Made by a program: the position numbers and the translations under genes. From Candidatus Hydrothermarchaeum profundi (lineage in GTDB: Archaea > Hydrothermarchaeota > Hydrothermarchaeia > Hydrothermarchaeales > Hydrothermarchaeaceae): a DNA stretch of 64,000 nt. This document shows, piece by piece, positions 51,873 through 61,359 of the stretch. The first letter of the stretch is position 1, and each line of letters opens with the position of its first letter. The stretch spans positions 1,448,989-1,512,988 of the forward strand of contig MTMF02000009.1 of NCBI GenBank assembly GCA_002011125.2. The letters run 5' to 3'. The notes beneath the pieces are model-generated. The model was not told the origin of the DNA. It made no database searches and saw only the letters and a program-made list of their open reading frames with translations.

Positions 51873-52921
51873 TTTCTTTCCCTCCCCGTTTTCTTTTTCC
51901 GCTTAATAATCCTCATTTTCTTAGGTTCAACAGGATAACTTTCTTTTATCTCTTTTATCCTTTCATTTAACTCTTTATTAAGAAGATCAGCGATATACTC
52001 CCCTGTAAAAGCGTCAGCTCTAGCAGCTATAGATATTTTTTGGGCAATAATCCTCGCTATCTTTCCTCTCTGCCACCATGGTGCGGATTTTATTAGAGGG
52101 TGTTGGGATATTATTCCATGTTTAGGGGGTGGGAGTTTCTTTCTAATGTGCATGAATAATGCCCGTTCGGCTCCTAATAGCTGTAGTCTACTTCCGGGCA
52201 TTTTAGCTAAATTATCCAGACCTTTCGCATAATGTAATAATCTGGCTCCTAGTGTGGGACCTATAATAGCTGATGTATTCGGAGCTACTTTTTCCATCTT
52301 TTTTATTATATATTTTTCAAGCTTTTTTTTAAAGTTCCATAATGATAAGATGCCCTCAGAAAAATCGGTAATTATACTTATATCCTCCTCCAAGAAATCT
52401 GCGCCGACAGATTCTTTAGCTAACTTCCCTAATTCCCCTTCAAACATTTCTCTAGGGCCATACTTCCTTATAAGCTTTGAATATTTTTCATTGTCATTGA
52501 TTTCCTTATCCAATTCTGGAAAATGTAGGGAATACCATTCTCTTATCATTTCCGTCAGTTGATTAAGGGAGTACTCTATCACGTCTAAAGCTTTAACGCC
52601 TTGAATTATTAGTTGATCTTCTTCCATGCTTTGAAGCTCTTGTTTAGCTAACTCTTCAGCAACTCCTTTAAGTAGCGAGTAGTATTCGGGTAGAGAAACA
52701 TCGAATTTTGCTATTATCTCTGGAAAATTTCGTCTTAAGATCTTCCCGCCATCTTCTATCTCAAAATTTTTGAATTTCTTCAATATTGCAGCGTTTGTCT
52801 TTTTCTTTAATCTCTCGGAGATTGCCTTTGGGTCTTTGGGGAAGGGTTCAAATTCAAGTAAATCTCCCTCTTCACTAAATACGAAAAAACCTAGGATATT
52901 TTTCGCTATGTAAACTTTCAT
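51863..52921 (-). CDS. nop5: Box C/D RNP core protein Nop5
   Basis: REWYSLHFPEL, APN, QLLGAERALF, PPKHG, RGKIAR. Confidence 0.95.
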   Translation of the reverse strand: MKVYIAKNILGFFVFSEEGDLLEFEPFPKDPKAISERLKKKTNAAILKKFKNFEIEDGGKILRRNFPEIIAKFDVSLPEYYSLLKGVAEELAKQELQSMEEDQLIIQGVKALDVIEYSLNQLTEMIREWYSLHFPELDKEINDNEKYSKLIRKYGPREMFEGELGKLAKESVGADFLEEDISIITDFSEGILSLWNFKKKLEKYIIKKMEKVAPNTSAIIGPTLGARLLHYAKGLDNLAKMPGSRLQLLGAERALFMHIRKKLPPPKHGIISQHPLIKSAPWWQRGKIARIIAQKISIAARADAFTGEYIADLLNKELNERIKEIKESYPVEPKKMRIIKRKKKTGRERKRR

Positions 52922-52963
52922 GAAATTATTTAAATCCTTGCGTATTAATTTACTTTTGGTGTT

Positions 52964-53866
52964 ATGATGTTATCAATCGAACTTTGCGGTTTATCTTTAA
53001 GAAATCCTACAATTCTTGCTTCGGGGATTTTAGGTTCAACTGGAGCTACGTTAAACCGTGTCGCTAGAAATGGTGCTGGCGCTGTCGTTACAAAATCTAT
53101 TGGTGCTAAACCCCGGGATGGTTATCCGAATCCGACGGTATTAGAACTACGCCAAGGCTTACTAAACGCTATTGGACTTGCTAATCCGGGGTATAACAAT
53201 TTTGAGGAAGAAATTAAAGTCGCGAAAAGAGGAGGAGTTCCTATTATAGTTAGCATATTTGGCTTTGATATAGGTGAGTTCGTCGAGGTTGCCAAGGCAG
53301 TCCAAAATTTTGGAGCAGACGCAGTTGAATTAAACCTCTCCTGTCCGCATGTAAAGGAAACTGGAGCGTACTTTGGGACTGATCCTGAAATCACTTATGA
53401 GCTAGTTAAAGCTATTAAAAGAGAAATAAAGATTCCAGTAATACCCAAACTCACGGCAAATGTAAATGATATTGTAGAAATCGCTAAGGCATGTGAAGAT
53501 GCGGGTTGTGACGGAATTACTGCCATAAACACCTTAAGAGCTATGCAAATAGATATTCGAGCGAAAAAGCCTGTACTCGGGAATAAGGTTGGGGGATTAA
53601 GTGGGCCTATGATCAAGCCTATAGCAGTAAGATGCGTTTATGAAATAGCTAATGAAGTCGAAGTTCCTATTGTAGGATGTGGAGGAATAATAAACGGACA
53701 AGATGCGGTTGAGTTTATTTTGGCAGGAGCTTCTGCCGTAGAAATCGGCACCGGTATATACTTTAGAGGTATAAGCATTTTTGAAATGGTTTGTAATGAG
53801 ATTTCAAGCTATATGAAAGAGGAGGGCTATGAAACCATTAGCGAGATGGTGGGGGCGGCCCTCTAA
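52964..53866 (+). CDS. pyrD: Dihydroorotate dehydrogenase family 1B catalytic subunit
   Basis: NPTILASG, NAIGLANPG, ELNLSCPH, INT, GGLSG. Confidence 0.95.
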   Translation: MMLSIELCGLSLRNPTILASGILGSTGATLNRVARNGAGAVVTKSIGAKPRDGYPNPTVLELRQGLLNAIGLANPGYNNFEEEIKVAKRGGVPIIVSIFGFDIGEFVEVAKAVQNFGADAVELNLSCPHVKETGAYFGTDPEITYELVKAIKREIKIPVIPKLTANVNDIVEIAKACEDAGCDGITAINTLRAMQIDIRAKKPVLGNKVGGLSGPMIKPIAVRCVYEIANEVEVPIVGCGGIINGQDAVEFILAGASAVEIGTGIYFRGISIFEMVCNEISSYMKEEGYETISEMVGAAL

Positions 53867-54393
53867 TGCTTGAGGCACTAAAAAAAATAGAAGAGAGAAT
53901 ACAACTTTCTCCGGTTCAGAAAATTCTTTTAACGACGGATGGTTCTATTACTCGAATCCTTGAAGCTCTCACAGGGGAGGAGGTATCTATATCTACTGAG
54001 AAGCAAGAAGTAATAAAGGCAGATGAAGAGATAGCAACTAAGCTGCAAATTGAAGTAGGAGGCGAGGTAAATTTTAGAGTTGTAAATATTCGGTCTTCAG
54101 GTGGGGTATTAATGCATGCGATTTCTTACACTCCCCTAAAAAGGCTTAAAAAAAAGTTTAGGGAGGATATAATGAAGGCTGATATTCCTATAGGCAAAAT
54201 AATGGCACGGTTAAAAATTGAAGCACGAAGAGAAATAATGGATATGGGGATTATAGAGGCGGATGAAAGATTTAGCCAACTTTTCAGTGTGAAAAAAGGC
54301 TCTTTTCTTTTAAAAAGGACCTATAATATAATCCATAATAATGAGATACTCTTGAATATCACAGAGATATTCCCATATGAGGCATTCAGATGA
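53866..54393 (+). CDS. Chorismate-lyase-like (UbiC/DUF98) protein
   Basis: LLTTDGSITRILE, DIPIGKI, RRE, ITEIFP; adjacent to beta-RFA-P synthase. Confidence 0.85.
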   Translation: MLEALKKIEERIQLSPVQKILLTTDGSITRILEALTGEEVSISTEKQEVIKADEEIATKLQIEVGGEVNFRVVNIRSSGGVLMHAISYTPLKRLKKKFREDIMKADIPIGKIMARLKIEARREIMDMGIIEADERFSQLFSVKKGSFLLKRTYNIIHNNEILLNITEIFPYEAFR

Positions 54394-55319
54394 GAATAAA
54401 AACTCCTTCAAGAATCCATATGACTTTAATTGATTTAAATGCATCCATAGGAAGGATAGACGGAGGTATAGGCCTAGCGTTAGAAGAGCCCCATATACTA
54501 CTAGAAGCTGAGGAAAGTGGAGAGTTAGAAATCGAAGGCCCTCTGTCAGATAAAGCAAAAGAGGCCGCTCTTAAGGTTTTGGAGGCATATAGAATAGACG
54601 CGGGTATAAGGATAAATATTGAAAAAGCCTACACGCCTCATATAGGTCTTGGTTCAGGGACACAAATCTCCCTTGCTGTAGGAACGGCGATTTGCAGGAT
54701 TTATAAGAAAAATTTCACGATAAAGGGGCTCGCTAGAATGGTCGGAAGAGGAGGCACATCCGGTATAGGGGTGGCCGCATTTGAGGCCGGGGGTTTTATC
54801 TTAGATGGAGGTCATTCTACGAAGGAGAAAAAGGATTTCCTACCTTCTTCGGCATCAAAGGCAGCACCTGCTCCAGTGATTTTAAGGAGGAACTTTCCAA
54901 ATTGGGATATTGCCCTCATTATACCGCGAAGAAGAAGGAGAATAAGTGGGGTTAGAGAAGTTAACATATTCCAAGAATTTTGTCCTCTCCCTATCAATGA
55001 AGTTCAGGGCCTTTGTCACTTAATCTTAATGAAGATTCTGCCGGCATTAGCGGATGAGGATATCGAAAGCTTTGGCGATGGCATCAATAAAATCCAAAAT
55101 ATCGGGTTTAAAAAAATAGAGGTAGAACTTCAAACTAAGGAGGTTAGAGAACTTCTTAAGACTTGCAGTGAGTACTCATATGGCGCTGGACTAAGCTCTT
55201 TTGGTCCAACAATTTACTGTTTGGTGAGAGATGAAAGGAAGCTTCTTGATGCAGTAGGTGAAAAGGCAGAAGTTATAATTACAAAAGCAAATAATAGTGG
55301 GGCCAAAATCGGTGATTAA
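54390..55319 (+). CDS. mptG: Beta-ribofuranosylaminobenzene 5'-phosphate synthase (GHMP family)
   Basis: PSRIHMTLIDL...GRIDGGIG, HIGLGSGTQ, GRGGTSGIG, DGGH, SSFGP. Confidence 0.9.
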   Translation: MRIKTPSRIHMTLIDLNASIGRIDGGIGLALEEPHILLEAEESGELEIEGPLSDKAKEAALKVLEAYRIDAGIRINIEKAYTPHIGLGSGTQISLAVGTAICRIYKKNFTIKGLARMVGRGGTSGIGVAAFEAGGFILDGGHSTKEKKDFLPSSASKAAPAPVILRRNFPNWDIALIIPRRRRRISGVREVNIFQEFCPLPINEVQGLCHLILMKILPALADEDIESFGDGINKIQNIGFKKIEVELQTKEVRELLKTCSEYSYGAGLSSFGPTIYCLVRDERKLLDAVGEKAEVIITKANNSGAKIGD

Positions 55320-56055
55320 AGGGAGATTTCTTTATAATAATAAGGCCGTAGAAGGCATCTTCAAGGACGGTAAGATTGAGATCGATGGATTTGATCTGGG
55401 ATTAAGTCAAGTAAAATTTTTACCTCCAGTCATGCCGTCTAAAATCATCTGTGTAGGCTTGAACTATGAGGATCATGCTAAGGAGCTTAAGATGGATATA
55501 CCTGATGAACCGATAATATTTCTTAAGCCTCCTTCTGCCGTTATAGGGCATGAAGATAATATAGTCTATCCGAGGATCTCTCGCAGAGTAGATTACGAAG
55601 CAGAGCTAGGTGTAGTAATTGGTAAAAAGTGCAAGGATGTTAAAGAAGATGAGGCTGCTGATGTTATTTTAGGGTACACCGCTTTTAACGATATAACTGC
55701 GAGAGATTTACAGAAAAAAGACGGACAATGGACTAGGGCAAAAAGCTTCGACACATTTGCACCACTAGGCCCATACATCGTGACTCAGGATGAAATCGCA
55801 GATCCTCAGAAACTTAGTATAAAATTGTTTTTGAACGGTGAGCTAAAGCAAGACTCAAGCACACGAAATTTTATTTTTGAAATTCCTTATCTGATAGAGT
55901 TCATTTCTGGTATAATGACGTTACAACCAGGGGATATAATTGCTACTGGAACTCCTCCTGGAGTAGGCCCGATGAAGGTAGGGGATATTATTGAGATAGA
56001 GATTGATAAAATTGGGGTATTACGGAATTACGTTTCAAGCAGGGCGGAGAGGTAG
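55312..56055 (+). CDS. Fumarylacetoacetate hydrolase family protein
   Basis: SKIICVGLNY..H..E, DYEAEL, NDITARD, AKSFDTF, TGTPPGVG. Confidence 0.93.
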   Translation: MIKGRFLYNNKAVEGIFKDGKIEIDGFDLGLSQVKFLPPVMPSKIICVGLNYEDHAKELKMDIPDEPIIFLKPPSAVIGHEDNIVYPRISRRVDYEAELGVVIGKKCKDVKEDEAADVILGYTAFNDITARDLQKKDGQWTRAKSFDTFAPLGPYIVTQDEIADPQKLSIKLFLNGELKQDSSTRNFIFEIPYLIEFISGIMTLQPGDIIATGTPPGVGPMKVGDIIEIEIDKIGVLRNYVSSRAER

Positions 56056-56064
56056 AGTAATTGT

Positions 56065-56811
56065 TTATCGGAGAAATGTCCACTCTTCGTTACTATATTT
56101 TTTCTCAGCTAGTTCTTCTGCTCGTGAAATTTCTTTCTCATTTAACTCCCCTCTATAGACGTCTTTCCCGTAAGAAAATCCCTCCCATAAGGCTTTCACT
56201 ACTTCGCTGTAATCTACGTCCACGATTCTAGTTATACTCGTCACTCGCTCCTCAATTTTTTTTATTAATTTGTCAGAAATCTTTTCTTGGGAAATTCGTA
56301 GAACTGAGAACATTACTTCCAAATTTAAGTCATAAAGTATTGTACCATGCTGAAGGACTACGCCTTTTCTCCTAGTTTGAGCGTTTCCAGAGATTTTTTT
56401 CCCATCTACAATGATGTCGTTTATAGGCTGAAAACTTGATTCTATTCCCAATGTTTCAAGGGAACGCGCTATCCAGCCGCATATCTCGCGATAAGATTTT
56501 GTTATGTCTCTTGGTAATAATTCTTCAGGGGCTAGCACGCTATAAGTGATCTCTCCATTGTAATCGTGATATACAGCACCTCCACCCGTAATTCTCCTTA
56601 CTACATCAATACCCAGTTTCCTACATTTATCGATATCGACTACTTCTCTGATTCGTTGAAATCTGCCTATAGACACTGCACTTGGTCTCCATCTATAAAA
56701 TCTTACTGTGGGGGGAGATGCTCCTTGAGCTATTTTTTCAAGTATCACTTCATCTATAGCCATATTGATTTTCGCTGGGTAGGTTTGAGTAGGTATAAAC
56801 CTCCATTTCAC
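56065..56811 (-). CDS. lplA: Lipoate-protein ligase catalytic subunit (LplA/LipM family)
   Basis: NMAIDE, VVRRITGGGAVYHD, NDI...KKISGNAQ, QHGT. Confidence 0.88.
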   Translation of the reverse strand: MKWRFIPTQTYPAKINMAIDEVILEKIAQGASPPTVRFYRWRPSAVSIGRFQRIREVVDIDKCRKLGIDVVRRITGGGAVYHDYNGEITYSVLAPEELLPRDITKSYREICGWIARSLETLGIESSFQPINDIIVDGKKISGNAQTRRKGVVLQHGTILYDLNLEVMFSVLRISQEKISDKLIKKIEERVTSITRIVDVDYSEVVKALWEGFSYGKDVYRGELNEKEISRAEELAEKKYSNEEWTFLR

Positions 56812-57092
56812 TTCAAAGCCTCCCATACCGTTTCAGCTAAGTCTTTCTCCGTAAAGCCTATTAACTCAATATTTTTTTTGAAGATAACTTTGTTTAAGCG
56901 CTCTTCAATCTCCACAGGGGTAGCGTTTTTGTCCAATCCTACTAAGGCGTTTTCGAGGTCTTCTATACTCTCTCCAGGGATAAGAAAAAAATCTCCTGAG
57001 ATAATAGCTTTTTCAATAATCGTATCGGTATACCACAGTTCAACTTCTATCAGCTTTCCTCCCTTAACTTTTCTCTTGGCTATTCCCTTCAT
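56808..57092 (-). CDS. Lipoate-protein ligase accessory (LplB-like C-terminal domain) subunit
   Basis: KVKGGKLI, ISGDFF..P...IEDLE..L.G. Confidence 0.85.
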   Translation of the reverse strand: MKGIAKRKVKGGKLIEVELWYTDTIIEKAIISGDFFLIPGESIEDLENALVGLDKNATPVEIEERLNKVIFKKNIELIGFTEKDLAETVWEALK

Positions 57093-57200
57093 AGCTTGAG
57101 ATAATAATCTTGGGAGTATATTTATCTTTATTTAAACTTAAAAGAAATCTCATACAAAAACTAAGGAGCATGAAGATCTGCGGAATTATGCTGACATTTA

Positions 57201-57830
57201 TTATTCTTTAATTATCCTAAAATCAACTGCAGTTACACCTTTTTCAAATACAAGTAATGGATTAATTTCTGCTTCCTTAACTCGAACTTCTTCGCCTATC
57301 CGAGAAAATCTAGAGATAATCTTAGCTAGAGAATCAATATCTCTTGCAGGCATACCTCTAACTCCCTCAAGCAAAGGATAACTTTTTATTTCTTTAATCA
57401 TCTTCAAAGCTTCTTTTTCATCGATAGGAGCGATTCTATATGTTACATCTTTTAGAACTTCAGTGAAGATTCCTCCGAGCCCGAACATAACAGCGTAGCC
57501 AAAAATCTCATCACTTATAACTCCCACAATAACCTCCGTTCCGCCTTGGTAGTACCTCTGAATCATTACCCCCTCAATCCTTGCTTCTCTACGAAAAGCA
57601 CGGGCATTTTTTATTATTTCTGTAAATGCTGACTCTACTTCCTTTCTAGAGGTTAGATTAAGTTTTACTGCATTTGCATCTGTTTTATGTTGTATGTCCT
57701 TTGATACTATTTTCATTGCCACAGGGTAACCAATTGTTTCTGCAATTCTCACAGCTTCTTTTTCATTGGTTGCTATGTCTCCTTCTGCTACCGGAATACC
57801 AAGTTTTTTTAGAATAACAAACTCATCCAT
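57201..57830 (-). CDS. ADP-forming acyl-CoA synthetase beta subunit (ATP-grasp)
   Basis: GYPVAMKIVS.DI.HKTD, FGLGGIFTEVLKD, EINPL. Confidence 0.92.
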   Translation of the reverse strand: MDEFVILKKLGIPVAEGDIATNEKEAVRIAETIGYPVAMKIVSKDIQHKTDANAVKLNLTSRKEVESAFTEIIKNARAFRREARIEGVMIQRYYQGGTEVIVGVISDEIFGYAVMFGLGGIFTEVLKDVTYRIAPIDEKEALKMIKEIKSYPLLEGVRGMPARDIDSLAKIISRFSRIGEEVRVKEAEINPLLVFEKGVTAVDFRIIKE

Positions 57831-59169
57831 GTATTATCTTCCCCCTATAGATTAGCGATTTTACCGCTGAAGCTCCTCTCCTAGGATTTGGGTAGGATGG
57901 GATACCTCTTTCGACTAGCATTTTCATGGGTTCTTTTACTCTTTCTCCACCTATCCACGCAGAAATTAGGGGTTTATCTATGAATTTAGAACTCTCGAGT
58001 ATTCCTCTTGCAACTTCCTTAGGGTCTACTAGCGTAGTTTCAACATGGAGGACTACTATTAGATCAATATTTGATTCTCCTAATATCTCTACTGCATTCT
58101 TATATCTCTCAAATCCTCCGTCTCCCAGTACATCTACAGGATTATTGGAGGATGCTATTTCTGGTAATACTCTGCGTAATTTTTCCTTAACTTCAGTTTC
58201 AAGACTTGGAACTTCTGCTCCGAATTCTTCAATTAGATCACTAAACATTACACCGGCTCCTCCACCGTTTGTGATAATCCCTATCCTATTTCCTTTCGCA
58301 GGTTTTTGAAATGATAGCGCTACAGCCATATCAAACAGTTCAGTAGTGTCTTTAGCTATTAGAACCCCGCTTTGTTTAAAAGCCGCTTCGTATAAACTAT
58401 ATTGAGATGTCATAGAGCCTGTATGGGACATAGCTGCCCTAATCCCTCCACTAGTTTTGCCGCCTTTTAATGCTATGATAGGTTTTTTCTTTGAAACTTC
58501 TCTGGCGATTTCAATAAATCTCCTACCATTCTTAAGGCTTTCAACATACATCGCTATAACGCGGGTATCCTTGTCTCTGCCTAAGTAAGATACGAGGTCT
58601 GCGTCATCGATATCCATTTTGTTCCCAGTGCCGATTATCTTACTCATACCAATGTTCTCAGTTTTCATCCACATTATCAATGCTTCAGCCATAGCACCTG
58701 ACTGTGTAATAAACGAAATGTCCCCTCTGTCCGGCATTCCATATGCAAAACTGCAGTTCATATTGTGTTTAGTATTAATAATTCCAAAGGTATTTGGACC
58801 TACTACCCTAAAATTGCAGGCTTTTGCTCTAAAGCATAGTTTTTCCTCTAGGTCCTTTTTACCAATTTCTCGAAAACCAGCTGAAACAACTATAACTCCT
58901 CCTATCTTTTTTTGAAGACATTCAGTAAGGGAACCCTCGACAAGATTAGCCGGAACAGCTATTATTACTAAGTCTAAATCATCGGGTACTTCCCCGATAC
59001 TCTTATAACATTTTAGCCCCATGATCTCTTTGGCGTTTGGGTTAATTGGATAAATCTTGCCAGGAAAGTTGTTTTCTAAAAGATTGTTCACTATCCGATT
59101 GCCTATCTTTTTTGGATTTCTCGATGCCCCTATTATCCCTATAGTTCGGGGATAAAAGAATTTATACAT
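57823..59169 (-). CDS. ADP-forming acyl-CoA synthetase alpha subunit
   Basis: IIGAS, GPNTFG, QSGA, SHTGS (phospho-His), NPVDVLGD. Confidence 0.92.
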   Translation of the reverse strand: MYKFFYPRTIGIIGASRNPKKIGNRIVNNLLENNFPGKIYPINPNAKEIMGLKCYKSIGEVPDDLDLVIIAVPANLVEGSLTECLQKKIGGVIVVSAGFREIGKKDLEEKLCFRAKACNFRVVGPNTFGIINTKHNMNCSFAYGMPDRGDISFITQSGAMAEALIMWMKTENIGMSKIIGTGNKMDIDDADLVSYLGRDKDTRVIAMYVESLKNGRRFIEIAREVSKKKPIIALKGGKTSGGIRAAMSHTGSMTSQYSLYEAAFKQSGVLIAKDTTELFDMAVALSFQKPAKGNRIGIITNGGGAGVMFSDLIEEFGAEVPSLETEVKEKLRRVLPEIASSNNPVDVLGDGGFERYKNAVEILGESNIDLIVVLHVETTLVDPKEVARGILESSKFIDKPLISAWIGGERVKEPMKMLVERGIPSYPNPRRGASAVKSLIYRGKIIHG

Positions 59170-59343
59170 AGTTTTAGGATTAAAGCACTTTATTAAAAAA
59201 TTAATCTATGAGTGTATGTGGAGTTCTAGAAAAACTTTTTTGATTGTATAGAAAAAAGTCTGTTGATATGCTAAGAATTGGTAGGTTGTATGAATATAAA
59301 AAAATAAAAAACTTCGAGTGAGAATATAAGAATTCTGCCGACT

Positions 59344-60249
59344 ATGCTAAAGTCGAAAGTTTATATAATAAAGACGGATGACAGATTAAATGGAGTCACT
59401 GAGTTATTAAAAAAAGAGGGACTAAATAACCCTAGAGGGAAAAAAGTTGCTATAAAAGCAAATTATAACAGTGCAGACCCTTTTCCAGCGTCTACTCACA
59501 TCGATACGCTATCTGCTATAATAGATTTTCTTAAAAATGAGAAGACAGGAAGCATCACTCTAGCGGAAAGAAGTGGGATGGGGCTTACTAGAAAGGTACT
59601 GGAGGACAGGGAGGTCATGGAACTTTCTAAAAGAAAAGGCTTTGACGTTGTAATATTAGACGATTTAGACATTAAAGATTGGAACCAAGTTGATCTCGAA
59701 AATGGACACTGGAGCAGAGGCTTCTTATTCCTAAAAATCTTCCAAGAAGCAGACATTGTGATACAAACTTGTTGTCTAAAGACGCATAGGTTTGGAGGCC
59801 ACTTCACTATGTCGCTAAAGAACAGCGTAGGAATGATAGCAAAATATAACCCTGCAGACGGCTATAACTATATGTCAGAACTTCATACCTCCAGAGATCA
59901 GCGGAAAATGATAGCAGAGATTAATACAGCTTACGAACCCGATTTCATTATTATGGATGCCTTAAAAGGATTTTCTAAAGGAGGCCCAGATATTGGCGAA
60001 TTGATAAACCCCGGGATTTTAATAGCCAGCAAGGATAGGATTGCGATAGATGCTGTTGGAGTAGCTATTCTTAGAATTTATGGCACTACAAGAGAAGTTT
60101 CTAGAGGCAATATATTCCAACAGGAACAAATAGCGAGAGCGGCTGAGTTGGGATTAGGAGCCCGCGGGCCTAATGAAATAGAAGTTGTCCCTATCAATGA
60201 TGATGCTCAGCAAATCTGCTCTAAAATAGAAGATAAGCTCAAGGAGTAG
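59344..60249 (+). CDS. DUF362-domain protein
   Basis: IKAN, LKTH, TMSLKN, IMDA, D.IA.D motifs. Confidence 0.85.
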   Translation: MLKSKVYIIKTDDRLNGVTELLKKEGLNNPRGKKVAIKANYNSADPFPASTHIDTLSAIIDFLKNEKTGSITLAERSGMGLTRKVLEDREVMELSKRKGFDVVILDDLDIKDWNQVDLENGHWSRGFLFLKIFQEADIVIQTCCLKTHRFGGHFTMSLKNSVGMIAKYNPADGYNYMSELHTSRDQRKMIAEINTAYEPDFIIMDALKGFSKGGPDIGELINPGILIASKDRIAIDAVGVAILRIYGTTREVSRGNIFQQEQIARAAELGLGARGPNEIEVVPINDDAQQICSKIEDKLKE

Positions 60250-60256
60250 TATTTTT

Positions 60257-60877
60257 TTACTTCTTTTTAAGTTCGATTATCTCTACGTCTACGCTACTTT
60301 TACTAATCCTTAATAGCGCAACAGAAGGGCTTGTGAAAAGAGGATTAGTGGGGCTTCCGGGATTTAAAAGTAAAATGTCCCCTTCTTTTTTTATTACTGG
60401 TCGATGAGTATGACCAAAAATTAATACATCGAAATTATTCTCCTTAGCGACTTCTTTTATCTTATCCATTTTGAAGGGAGATAAAGAATTATGGGTCACA
60501 CCAATTCGCCAACCCATAACTTCTAGGGAGTTGACCTCCGGGAATTCAATGGAGGGATAATCCATATTTCCTTTCACTCCTACTACCGGGGCTATTTTTT
60601 CTAACTCAACAATCACTTCAGGGCTTACGAAATCGCCGGCATGAATTATATACTTAGTTTTTTGAAATATCTGGAAAACGGCTGCCGGGATTTCTTTCGC
60701 TCTTGTGGGGACATGAGTATCGGAGATTACTCCTATCTCAATAGTTTCTCCTCTTTCTTCTCCTTCTCTCTTTGTCTTTATCAAACTCTCGCTTTTTGTA
60801 TCTAAAATAAGGCAACTTAGTGTAGAAGAAAGCAACATTGTTATCACGGCTACAATTATTAGAGTTCCCTGTTTCAT
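60257..60877 (-). CDS. YfcE/Vps29-like metallophosphoesterase with N-terminal signal or anchor
   Basis: ISDTH, HAGD, GNMD, GHTH, NPGS; hydrophobic N-terminus ending LSC. Confidence 0.88.
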   Translation of the reverse strand: MKQGTLIIVAVITMLLSSTLSCLILDTKSESLIKTKREGEERGETIEIGVISDTHVPTRAKEIPAAVFQIFQKTKYIIHAGDFVSPEVIVELEKIAPVVGVKGNMDYPSIEFPEVNSLEVMGWRIGVTHNSLSPFKMDKIKEVAKENNFDVLIFGHTHRPVIKKEGDILLLNPGSPTNPLFTSPSVALLRISKSSVDVEIIELKKK

Positions 60878-60984
60878 GAGTTTTATATTTTTTATTAGTT
60901 GAGGTTAATAATAGGATCTCAAAATCAAAATTATAGAACCATTTCTACAGAAGATAAGAGATTATTTAACTTCAAAGATTCTTT

Positions 60985-61092
60985 TTACCATTTTCCTTGT
61001 ATATCCTCAACTCCCCACTCTTTTATCCTCTCTTCAAGAATTCTCTTTAAAGCAAGAATTAAAGACCTTTCATCTTCTTCGTTGTATATCAT
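60985..61092 (-). CDS. 35-aa small ORF (MIYNEEDERSLILALKRILEERIKEWGVEDIQGKW)
   Basis: Purine-rich leader (GGGAGATAGGGA) and TTTATATC TATA about 60 nt upstream. Confidence 0.45.
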   Translation of the reverse strand: MIYNEEDERSLILALKRILEERIKEWGVEDIQGKW

Positions 61093-61208
61093 TTCCCTAT
61101 CTCCCTTATCCTAACCCCATAAATTTTCCTTAATTACTCTCTTTTTTAGATATAAATAATCCTGTAGAAGTTCCGCTATAATTCTTACTTGTCCTTCAGA
61201 CGTTATAA

Positions 61209-61304
61209 TGGGGGTACTGGGATTTGAACCCAGGTCCGTGGGTTTCTTCCACTTGGAGTGGAACGTCTGGAGCCCACTATGATAGGCCGCTACACCATAC
61301 CCCC
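61209..61304 (-). tRNA. tRNA-Trp(CCA) with 23-nt intron (61244-61266)
   Basis: Acceptor GGGGGTA/TACCCCC, anticodon stem GTGGG/CCCAC, loop CTCCAG^A, T-loop TTCAAAT. Confidence 0.93.
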
Positions 61305-61359
61305 TTTTGCCAAAAGCTTATAAGCTTTGTTTTCCTATATAAATTTTTGAGTGTGTAAC

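Noticed and set aside
59236-59259. Inverted repeat ACTTTTTT...AAAAAAGT between acd and DUF362
   Set aside because: Low-complexity A/T match, expected by chance
61313-61328. Perfect 16-bp palindrome AAAGCTTATAAGCTTT
   Set aside because: Explained as a symmetric BRE/TATA in a short divergent promoter; similar half-sites occur at other promoters in the window
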